Of a stretch of DNA of 39,416 bases, positions 13,392 to 23,530 are shown piece by piece. A model generated the notes under the pieces. It was not told the DNA's origin. It made no database searches and saw only the letters and a list, made by a program, of their open reading frames with translations. Each line of letters starts with the position of its first letter. Positions within the stretch are counted from its first letter, which is position 1. A program made the translations under genes and the position numbers. The DNA is taken from assembly GCF_006345805.1 (NCBI RefSeq), contig NW_021835552.1, forward strand, positions 1 through 39,416, given 5' to 3'. Origin of the DNA: Octopus sinensis (lineage: Eukaryota).

Positions 13392-13815
13392 TAGATAGAT
13401 AGATGATAGATAGATAGATAGATAGATATTATTAAATTATATAAAGCACACGGAAACAATATATTATGGAAAGTAGCAATATATAAGATGGTACAAACAT
13501 ACGCACCTGTACACAGGTAAGCATATATATATATATATTGTATAATATTAAGAAAACAGCACACTATTCCAGAAAAGTTGAATATTTATGTGTGTGTCTG
13601 AGGGTTTGAGAGACAGACAGACAGGGAAAATGAGTGTGTGTCTCTGAATCTTTGTTGGGCTTTCTGTCCGTGGGTGTGTCCGAGAATGGTGAGTTATTTG
13701 CGTTTTTATGTGCAATATAGAAGAAAAAATATATATCTTATTTTAAGAAGATGTGCATAAAGTATTAAGGTATGTGATAAACGTAACAGTATATGCATAG
13801 AATAAAAAACACGTG

Positions 13816-13895
<80 letters not shown>

Positions 13896-14276
13896 TGGAA
13901 CTATCTATCTATATATATATATATATAGACATATATATGTACATATATATATAGATATATATATATATGGGGGGGGGCTCTCTGCGTTTGAAGTGAACGT
14001 CAAATTGGGGGAGATAAAGAGAAGGAGCAAGAGAGACAGGCAGACAGACAGATATATGGTAATATCTGGTTATGGATATATAGATATATATGTATACAAA
14101 ACATATGCATGCATATATTTAATTAGATACACACATACACATACACGCATACATATATGTGTATGTTTATGTGTGTGCTTGTGCGTGTGTATTTATACTC
14201 AGATATTGTAATATATATATATATATATATATACATATATTTATAGATTGATAGATAGATAGATGAATAGATAGAT

Positions 14277-14349
<73 letters not shown>

Positions 14350-14539
14350 CTTATATGTATATATCATATGTACTTCAGAGCAAAATTGTGCGCAGAGAAT
14401 ATGTGTCTCAACCTAATTCCGGCATAACCAAATTCTCGTATTTATTGTCGCATTTCGATTAGTATTTTTCGGTTTTTACAGCATCCTTCAGGTAATATTC
14501 AGGTAGCAACGATAACTACAATCAAGTGGGGTTGATTTT

Positions 14540-14583
<44 letters not shown>

Positions 14584-14633
14584 AGTGTTTATAAAGTCGG
14601 TGCATAGGTATATATTCAAATATAAATATATAA

Positions 14634-14673
<40 letters not shown>

Positions 14674-14763
14674 TGTGTAAGTTCATATATATAGATATTT
14701 ATATTATGCATATATATATTATATATATATCTATATATATACATACATATTACTATATATATA

Positions 14764-14797
<34 letters not shown>

Positions 14798-14912
14798 TGT
14801 ATTATATTGATATGCTTTATAATAATATTTTCCATCATATAACTACCAGTCTATTAAATATGTGTGTTTGTATATAATATTATATATATATATTATATAT
14901 ATATATATATAA

Positions 14913-14966
<54 letters not shown>

Positions 14967-14969
14967 CGT

Positions 14970-15011
<42 letters not shown>

Positions 15012-15140
15012 ATGTATGATGTATGTATGTATGTATGTATGTATGTATGTATGCTTGTATGTATATGTATGTATGTATGTATGTACGATGATATTAGATA
15101 ATAGGTATATATATATATATATATATATATTTATAATATA
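12100..15140. repeat. Extended field of (TA)n, (GATA)n, (GT)n and (TATG)n microsatellites separated by short unique spacers
   Basis: Direct reading; explains the many YI/LSIY/CV ORFs in the track. Confidence 0.9.
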
Positions 15141-16103
15141 TATGTATTATTGTGTGCATTCAGAAAGGCACGTGAGAGAGTATTAACCAATCGGCGTTCA
15201 CCATTAGTGCCCAAGCACTTAAAAGAGACAGCTTGTATGTGAGCAAATATACCATTTCATGCATGTATGTATATAAATTGATAGGCATGCATAAATTCAA
15301 GCATATGTCTATGTATGTGTATATATGTTGTATAAAGTGTAATAAAACTTCAGCATAATATATATTTATGCGTCGTGCATGAGTACATTATACATGTATG
15401 GCTCAGAATAATTTTATTGAAGATTATAACAATATTTATACGTATATATTATTAAAAAAAAAGAAGTATATTTCATAATGGAGTATCATACTATATTATA
15501 TTGATATCGTGTACAATAATATTTTCCATAATATAAATACCAGTTTATTAGATAAAATATAGATATATTTTAGCGTAGATATTGGAAAATAATGCTTTAG
15601 TTTAAATACACTTCGCATGCAATTGTATTCGACAACCTGTGTAAGATATTTACATGTAGATCTGTGTGTGCATTTATGTATGTATGTATATATATATACA
15701 TGTGTGTGTGTATGTGTGCATTTATATATATCCCCATATATTCATTGCGCTCTATTGTAATTTCATTGAAGTGTTGACGTGACAATATAGGTATTGTCAC
15801 TTCAATAAAGAAATGTTGTATAAATAATAGATGTATGTCTATATCTCCACATATACGTATACATATATATATATTAATCTCTCTATCTATCTATCTTTAT
15901 ACGTATTCGAATTTGTATTGATATGCATGAGTTTGTGTGTATGTGTTCATATTTAAGTATATGCATGCACACGTATGTATATATATGTACATTCCTCTTC
16001 TTTCTGTGTACCTCTTCTCTCTAACTATTTTTCTAATCAGTCGCCATGCATGACCGCTAAATCCACATTTTTTTTTCATTCTCTCTCTGTTTATATTCTC
16101 GTG

Positions 16104-16190
16104 TTCCTTTCTGCTGAAGAGCGTAGGCTCGAAATGTAACAGACTTTTTCATTTTCCCGAGCGTCTAACTAATATACCTGTTTGTTGCTC
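16104..16190 (+). mobile_element. Penelope-like-element-type relic with minimal hammerhead-like motif
   Basis: CTGCTGA-A-GAGC-GTAG-GCTC-GAAATGTA matches the CUGANGA-A-stemII-GAAAC-GUH layout of PLE hammerheads, with deviations. Confidence 0.5.
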
Positions 16191-16519
16191 ATATATCTGT
16201 CTATGCATATATGTATGTATTATTTTCTTTTTTTGTGTGTGTTTCAATCAAAAGTCTGGAAATACGGAGCACCACCTTTCCGATGACCATTCATATGAAG
16301 GAGAAAGTTCGATATTGCCGCACTCTTTTCCATTTCTTGTCGTGATGTAGGTTCATCTGAGGCCTTGGACATCTGGAGGTTAAATATCTGCCCTTAATTC
16401 ATGTACATGTCTCAGATGTTTTGACAAGGTATTAAATATCCATGGTAAACATGAATACCAAGCTTTGGCTGTTCATGGACCTCACACTAAATGGGATACC
16501 TGAGAACTTTGCAAAATTT

Positions 16520-16740
16520 GTATGTATGTATGTATGTATGTATGTATGTATGTATGTATGTATGTATGTATGTACGTATGTATGTATGTATGTATGTTGT
16601 ATGTATGTATGTATGTATGTATGTATGTACTGTGTCTGTATGTATGTATGTATGATGTATGTATGTATGTATGTTGTACGTATGTACGTATGTATGTATA
16701 TGTATGTATGTATGTATGTAGTATGTATGTATGTATGGGA
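16520..16740. repeat. (TATG)n microsatellite
   Basis: Direct reading. Confidence 0.95.
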
Positions 16741-17229
16741 TGTATGTGTAGGGGAATCTTTTTCTACCGTTTTAATTGCTAGGTGCTGAAAGGCATAAGG
16801 CAGATGTGAGTTGCAATCATTAGCAATTTCTATTGAATTGCTAGATTAAAATAAATATAATTTTAATGCGGAGAGAAGGAATATTTCCTAACTACTCTGG
16901 AACATAAGAAAAGACTCTGGGCTCTAGGATATTTTATGGACCCCGAAATGACGAAAAGGTAGAGCTGGACTCCGCTGCATTTGAACTGGGAGTGTGAAGA
17001 GCTACGAGAATATAGTTATAAAATAAATAACAACCGACACCACTAAACACAGTTACTACTTCATGTCCCAAAAACTATGAAGTGAAATATTGCCAGGAGA
17101 AAAAGAAGTATAACCAACAACAACAATAATTGCAGCCGCAGCTGCAGAAATAGAAGCAATAAGACATCTATCTGCATCATTGCATCATCATAGAATCCAA
17201 TAATCCTGTAAGTGTATATACGTACGCGC

Positions 17230-17373
17230 TCTAACACACACACAAACACACACACACACACGCACACATGCACACACATATGCACACTTGTACACTGCCA
17301 TATATATATATATATGTGTGTGTATATGCACGTGTAAGTGTGTATGTAAATATGTAAACTTACCTATCTCTCC

Positions 17374-17406
<33 letters not shown>

Positions 17407-17508
17407 AACATATCTATATCTATATATATATATATATATATACAAACATATATATACATATGTGTGTATGTATTTGTTGGTAAGTACGCATAGATTGACA
17501 GACAGACG

Positions 17509-17548
<40 letters not shown>

Positions 17549-17550
17549 AT

Positions 17551-17588
<38 letters not shown>

Positions 17589-17660
17589 TAGATAGATATA
17601 GATAGATAGATAGATAGATAGATAGAGATAGATAGATAGATAGATAGATAGATTAGATAG

Positions 17661-17691
<31 letters not shown>

Positions 17692-17710
17692 AATAAATAA
17701 ATAGATAGAC
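17230..17710. repeat. Compound (CA)/(TA)/(GATA) microsatellite downstream of the TRIM gene
   Basis: Direct reading. Confidence 0.9.
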
Positions 17711-17834
17711 CGGCACATAAGATAATTATCTAGTGGATAATTATCTGCGTTATGCAACCGTTTCTTCAGACAAAAGTGTGCATTCGTATGTGTCGATATA
17801 CTTACATATGTATATACAGCCATATATACATACG

Positions 17835-17840
17835 TTTATT
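17835..17840 (-). promoter_or_regulatory. Candidate polyadenylation signal AATAAA for the TRIM-NHL mRNA
   Basis: TTTATT on + lies ~260 nt past the stop codon and is the first such hexamer I see. The AT-rich context makes a chance match possible. Confidence 0.3.
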
Positions 17841-18097
17841 TATATATACATATACGTGAGTATATATCTGTAAGTTCCACTGTATGTGTTTTTTTTTGTG
17901 TGTGTGTGTGTTTGTCCATGTTAATGAGCAACAAATTAACTGCACTTTTTGTGGACGTCTGAAAAATTAAGCCTTTCTCTCATTGTGTTTTGCATCTCGC
18001 TGATCACAATCCCCTTCAGTTTCCAGGTTTGCGTTAGTCTTTGTATCACTGCGTCATAAAAGCCTTCACATCATCCAATACATATTGGTCCATCATA

Positions 18098-21088
18098 TTA
18101 CGTTTCTACCGTTACTTTCTTACGTAACACTTTCACGATACCGGAATCAGATTCGGAGAGATAAAACGTCATTCCGTCTGGAGACATGTCAAGGCCACGT
18201 GGTAGCGTGAGGCCGTCGCTGGCGTCGTACATAATCTTATCAAACAAACCGTTTCCGTTAAGTCTGTAGATTTTGTTGGCTTCGCTGTCGGCAAGATAGA
18301 TAAAGCCGTTGTCATCCACGCAAACCCCGCTCGGCTTCATTAGAGAGTGCTCCACGCTGCCTGTGTACAAGAACTTTACATCTCCTTCTATATTACAACA
18401 GATTAAAGCTGAGCGTTTACAGTCAGATATCAAAAAATAGCCATCTTCGGCGACCTTTGCTAAATAACGAGGCTCAATCAGACGCCCGTATTCTTCTCTC
18501 AGAGTTGAAAGAGTCTGAAGAATTTCTCCGTTCAAGCTCAGTAAATCAACAGCGTTGTCCCTCGAGCAGATGAGCCGTTTCGAATCCATCTTGGCCACGC
18601 CGATATATTGGTTTTCGACGACGACTTTAGTGGAGATAGCTAAGAAATTGCTGCGTGTGTCTCTCATGAGGAAACATATAGATTTCGACCAAGGTAGTAC
18701 ACAGACGACCATGTATTCGGATATCGCGCAAATTCCTGTCGGAGATCCTTCCACGGAGCAACACGCCAGAAGGTGTCCCTCCTTATTGAATTCTTTTATG
18801 TTCTTGTGGTGAAAATCCGAGACCACAATTCGATCGTCGTTTAGAAATAAAACATCAAAGAGTAAAATCGGTTTGTTGACCTCTGACACTTCATTGACCG
18901 ATCCCAGAAAAGCATATGCCAGAGGACTTGAACCGGAAGGAAAAAGTCGTGACCCCACATTTGTCTTGTCTTTGTCTGCTCGCGCTGGCACGAGAGCGTT
19001 GGGGTTGTCCACTTCTGACTGGCTTTTACTGTCGATATCACTGGCTAAGGTTTCTGTTGAAGTAGCAGGTTCCAAGGGAGAGGCGTCCCCTATTTCACCA
19101 ATCAAAAGTCCATTAGTCGGCATCGTGTCATCAGGAAAGTTCTGAACGAGATCTGCATTTGGGAACTGTTTCAACCTTTCAAAAAAGGCCGAGATTTCGT
19201 TGTTGTACCTCAGGAATATTCTGGTTACAACGTTACTACTCAGTGGCTCAGTCATTTCTTTAAACTGAAGCGTTTTATTGATGTCGTGGAAGATATTTAT
19301 CATCTGGTCATCGTGGGCCTCATCCAGGGCAACATCCATACATAGAAACGACTGATTCAATATCTCAATCTGCATTTCCGTTTGTTGGATTTCGCTTCGT
19401 AATTTTTCCTCCTCAACAGAAACCATCTGACCGACTTCCACATGCAGTTTCACCAAAGCCTCCGTCTGTAGTTTCAATACAATTTCGTTAATAGTCGAAT
19501 CAACATCACGAATTAGAGAAGCTTTCTTTGTTTTAAGACCGTTCAATCGCTTCTGCAGTTCCTGAATCACCGATAATTTGTTTTCTTTTCTCGATGCGAG
19601 CGTCCTCAGAATCCCCTCTCCTTCTCGCCGTTTCTCGCTTGCAATATCAGACAGTAACATCGGTTGCTGTCCATCGCTTGCGTGCTTCTCTCTGTAATGT
19701 TGGGAACTGCACTGCAGACACAACGGGATCCGACAACTGCTGCAGTAAACGGAAAAATAATCTAAATGCTTCTCACAGATCGATGATATACCCAGGAGTT
19801 TTTGATGCTTGTTTTTCGAAATATCGAATATATTGTGTGATCTAAACGGATCGAACCCCTTATGAAGGTCTGTACACATGTGACAGTATCCTTGCCCACA
19901 TTGTATGCACCAGGTTATTGCAATCTTTATAATATTCCGTTTGAAGCAAGACGTACATTTCTGCTCTTCGCGGCTTCGTCGGTCGGCTTTGAGTAGATAT
20001 TCCACGAAATCGTTTATTGGGAATTTATTCATAACTATTTCTTTGATGGCACTGTTCTGAACAATTGGTTCCGTCACTGGAATTTCTACATTCAGTTTGA
20101 TTTCGATTTTGCATTTGGGACACCAAATCCTAGTTGCCACGCACAAAAGATCGTTGTCTGTATAATCGGGTTTCACAGCAAATGCCATAAAGTTTTCTCT
20201 GTCGTACATCGACAGAGCCAAACTGTCGTGTACACTTCCGCTATCTCCGACAAGGGACTCGGCTTTACTAACTGACCTCAATGATCTTTCTGACTTCATT
20301 GATCGCTCAGACTTCACGGATCTTTCTGATCTAACAGATCTCATTGATTCCCGACGGCTCTCACTTCTTGCTCCAGTCGGGGTCTTGGGGATCTCCACGT
20401 CATTGGCTATATTCTTTTTGCTGGCCTTTTCTTCGGGTTTCTCTTTCTTTGCTCCTTCTTCATCACTATCTTCAAACGGGTTATAATTTTTATTCGGGGG
20501 TTGCCCATCGTTAGCCTCTTCGTTATTTTCGCCACTATTAACCACTTCCTCTTTCTTTTCTTCCTCATTCTTCTTATCGTTTTCATTGTTTTCTTTCTCA
20601 TCGTCTTTCTTCTTTTTCTCTTCTTTCTTAGCGAGATTCTTCGCTGACCTTCGACTTGAAAAGAAAAATGAGAACCGGCTGCGCACTGGAGGTTTCTCCG
20701 GGGGCTCTTCTTCCTCGGGCGGTTTATCTGAAGTAGGTGTATCCGCAGCCGGTTCATCAGTCTCTACTGCTTCGTCTTCGGTGGTATTGGCTTTACTCAC
20801 CGATGACTTCCTTGATATTATCGCTGTTGAACAGGTACTGTCAATACTGCTTCGCTTACTCAACGTTGCCGTTGATGCGACGCTCGCTTTTTCCAGATCC
20901 ATTTCTCTTCGTGCCAACAGGGCGTCTTTCCGTCGCACGATAGACTCGATGGCCCGCACCAAAATCCGATGAGTCAAACATCGTTCACAAAACGTATGCA
21001 AACAAGGGAATCGCCGTGGCGGTGTGGTGAATCTATTTTCGCATAGATTGCAAGTTAATATGTTTTTGTAAGACATTTTGATCCTCAT
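18098..21088 (-). CDS. TRIM-NHL (RBCC-NHL) family protein, putative E3 ubiquitin ligase, 996 aa, single uninterrupted ORF; start may be M5 (ATG at 21076)
   Basis: RING ligands C13,C16,C29,H31,C34,C37 then C323,C326 (WCPKC). B-box1 from C378 (CTSC...CIQC...CHMC...H...H). B-box2 from C438 (CEKH...CSSC...CLQC...H...H). Heptad-rich coiled coil ~aa 480-610. NHL blades ~aa 740-990 (PTGICA, PRYLA, PSGVCVDDNGFIYLADSEANKI, PRGLDMSPDG). The 3-kb stop-free ORF is richer in GC than its flanks. M5 has AAA-ATG context. The orthologue cannot be named from sequence alone. Confidence 0.95.
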   Translation of the reverse strand: MRIKMSYKNILTCNLCENRFTTPPRRFPCLHTFCERCLTHRILVRAIESIVRRKDALLARREMDLEKASVASTATLSKRSSIDSTCSTAIISRKSSVSKANTTEDEAVETDEPAADTPTSDKPPEEEEPPEKPPVRSRFSFFFSSRRSAKNLAKKEEKKKKDDEKENNENDKKNEEEKKEEVVNSGENNEEANDGQPPNKNYNPFEDSDEEGAKKEKPEEKASKKNIANDVEIPKTPTGARSESRRESMRSVRSERSVKSERSMKSERSLRSVSKAESLVGDSGSVHDSLALSMYDRENFMAFAVKPDYTDNDLLCVATRIWCPKCKIEIKLNVEIPVTEPIVQNSAIKEIVMNKFPINDFVEYLLKADRRSREEQKCTSCFKRNIIKIAITWCIQCGQGYCHMCTDLHKGFDPFRSHNIFDISKNKHQKLLGISSICEKHLDYFSVYCSSCRIPLCLQCSSQHYREKHASDGQQPMLLSDIASEKRREGEGILRTLASRKENKLSVIQELQKRLNGLKTKKASLIRDVDSTINEIVLKLQTEALVKLHVEVGQMVSVEEEKLRSEIQQTEMQIEILNQSFLCMDVALDEAHDDQMINIFHDINKTLQFKEMTEPLSSNVVTRIFLRYNNEISAFFERLKQFPNADLVQNFPDDTMPTNGLLIGEIGDASPLEPATSTETLASDIDSKSQSEVDNPNALVPARADKDKTNVGSRLFPSGSSPLAYAFLGSVNEVSEVNKPILLFDVLFLNDDRIVVSDFHHKNIKEFNKEGHLLACCSVEGSPTGICAISEYMVVCVLPWSKSICFLMRDTRSNFLAISTKVVVENQYIGVAKMDSKRLICSRDNAVDLLSLNGEILQTLSTLREEYGRLIEPRYLAKVAEDGYFLISDCKRSALICCNIEGDVKFLYTGSVEHSLMKPSGVCVDDNGFIYLADSEANKIYRLNGNGLFDKIMYDASDGLTLPRGLDMSPDGMTFYLSESDSGIVKVLRKKVTVET

Positions 21089-21139
21089 AGAAGCATTACA
21101 GACGGACCATTTCGAATAAATGTGAAATTATACACTTAC

Positions 21140-21286
21140 GTAGAGGCACATATAGAATTAAGAAGACATAGTTAGAAGATTGTATGGAGACTCTGTTGCC
21201 TTATCTGCATCAAGCCTTCGGTCAGGACCAAATGAACAGTTGTCACCGATATGAAGTCTTCGAGGGACCCACGTCACGAATGCGAC
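21140..21286 (-). other. Probable 5'-UTR exon segment of the TRIM-NHL gene (acceptor at 21287/21286; possible donor at 21140/21139)
   Basis: The minus strand reads tatttcttttccag|GTCGCA at 21287/21286 and CTAC|gtaagt at 21140/21139. All three frames of the 147-nt segment contain stops, so it is non-coding if exonic. Confidence 0.5.
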
Positions 21287-21349
21287 CTGGAAAAGAAATA
21301 TTAGAACATATGTAGATAAACAAATAAATATACATATTTAGTTATACAT

Positions 21350-21350
21350 G

Positions 21351-21386
<36 letters not shown>

Positions 21387-21499
21387 GCAAGTACAAAAAC
21401 AGCCTTGTGCAGGTAATTACATATATACATACAAATATACATATATATATATATAAATCTATATACATATTCTATCTCTATAATACAGATTCTATCCCC

Positions 21500-21543
<44 letters not shown>

Positions 21544-21559
21544 ATATGTATATATATAT

Positions 21560-21630
<71 letters not shown>
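21350..21630. repeat. (TA)n, (CT)n and (GATA)n microsatellites just upstream of the splice acceptor
   Basis: Direct reading. Confidence 0.9.
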
Positions 21631-22233
21631 TTGTTACGTGTTAAATAACCACCTAAGGGATATCAAATATCTAAAGAATTTACTGGCTTTTTACCGATAT
21701 GAATAACAATTTTATGAACTATCGCTCATAACAAATAGGTAAATAAATAAAGAAAATATGCATACAGTTTATCAATATAGTAATATAAATTATTGTGTTG
21801 GGGCATAATTATTGTGGTTGTTTTTCAAGGAATTCTAATCGGCAAAAACAATAACAATATATAACAAAAATATCTTTCATTTTCTCTACACACACACATG
21901 CACGCATTTGCACAAACACATAATAACATAAGTTTATTCATCCAGAATAGATAACATCGAGTAGCGCGTTATACTTATCTGAGAAGAGTTCATTTCTAAA
22001 AAAACAATGAATCTATTGCAAACTATCTAACTTTTCGATCCGAGACGTTTTATAAATACCACCACTTCAAGAAGCACCTACTACAAACCTGGAGGTTCAC
22101 AACATGACCTAATTGAACAAACCAAATTAAATCTTTCCCAGGAAGGATCAAATGTTCACTCTATATTTCTCTGCTGTTTTAACACACTAATGAGCCCCGT
22201 TGATCTTCCTATACAACAATAACAGATATAGTA

Positions 22234-22697
22234 GGCGCATGAATGACCGTGTGATAGGAAGCTAGCTTACCAATAACATGGTTCTGAGTTCAGTCCCAGT
22301 GCGTGACACCTTGGGCAAGTCTCTTCTACTATAGACTTAGGCGGTCTAAAGCCTTGTGAGTGGATTTGGTAGACGAAAATGAAAGAAGCCATTCGTATAT
22401 GTATACATATGTATGTGTGTATGTCTGTGTATGTGCGTGTATGTGTGTATGTCTGTGTATGTGAGTGTATGTGTGTATGTCTGTGTATGTGTGTGTATGT
22501 GTGCGTGTGTGTTTTCCCCACCATCGCTTGACAACCGACGTTTACGTGTTTACGTTCCAGAAACTGAGCGGCTCGGTAAGAGAGACCGATAGAATAAATA
22601 TTAGGCTTACAAAGAATAAGTCCTGGGGTCGAGAGTAAAGGCGGTGCTCCAGCATGGCCGCAGTCAAATGACTGAAACAAATAAAACAATAAAAGAA
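22234..22697 (+). mobile_element. SINE family B, full length
   Basis: Head GGCGCA…GAGTTCAGTCCC, CORE-like ACCTTGGGCAAGT, internal (GTGTAT)n, tail GGCGGTGCTCCAGCATGGCCGCAGTCAAATGACTGAAAC. Confidence 0.9.
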
Positions 22698-22977
22698 AAT
22701 AGTCTCTCTTTCTTCTGTTCACTTTCCATTTTTCTATTCTTATTTCCATGTAGCAAAATGGATCAATTCCTAACAATATCGTTTTATGCTCCAAATCAAA
22801 TCTACAAAGAAATAATTGTCCTGATTCCATTTCAAATTCTATTCTCAATTCCATGCAGCAGGATGTTTATTTCGCCATTTCCATCCATATTTTATTCATT
22901 TTTCTTCTTTTTCATTCTATTATTTGTTTCACTCATGTGACTCCGGTCATGTTTGAGAAGCGCCTCTAGTCCAACAA

Positions 22978-23120
22978 GCCGACCCCAGGACTTCGTAAGC
23001 CTAGTACTTATTGTATCGGTCACTTTTGCCGAAGCGCTAAGTTACGTGACGTAAACACACCAACATAGGCTGTCAAGCGATAGTGGGGCACAAGCACAAA
23101 TATATACTTATACATACACA

Positions 23121-23155
<35 letters not shown>

Positions 23156-23290
23156 TCTCACACCGTATCCGATGAAGGGATATAATTAATAAATATCCTA
23201 GATAGAAACAGCTTGTAGGACCTTCTATCCTGGTTTTTTTATCTTATTACGCAAATAAATTCATAAAGATATATATATTATATATATATA

Positions 23291-23343
<53 letters not shown>

Positions 23344-23530
23344 ATATATACATATATTCATGTATTCGACGGGCTTCTTTCAGTTTCCGTCTGCCAAATC
23401 CACTCACAAGGCTATGGTCTGCCCGAGGCTATAGCATAAGACATTTGCTCATGGCGCCACGTAGTCGAACTGAACCCGGAACAATGTGGTTGGTAAGCAA
23501 ACTACTTACCACACAGCCACTTTTGCGCCT
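22978..23530 (-). mobile_element. SINE family B lacking its 3' tail, interrupted by a 115-bp insert
   Basis: Reverse-oriented body (22978-23100) and head/core (23370-23530) flank the TA microsatellite that holds the insert. Confidence 0.8.
23154..23268 (+). mobile_element. Short insert with Penelope-type hammerhead-like motif, flanked by (TA)n
   Basis: CCGATGA-A-GGGATAT-aattaataa-ATATCCT-agata-GAAACAGCTTGTA (23169-23217). Confidence 0.55.

Noticed and set aside
18555-20972. Short ORFs overlapping or antisense to the TRIM CDS
   Set aside because: These are shadow frames of a long, compositionally biased coding sequence, with no independent signal.
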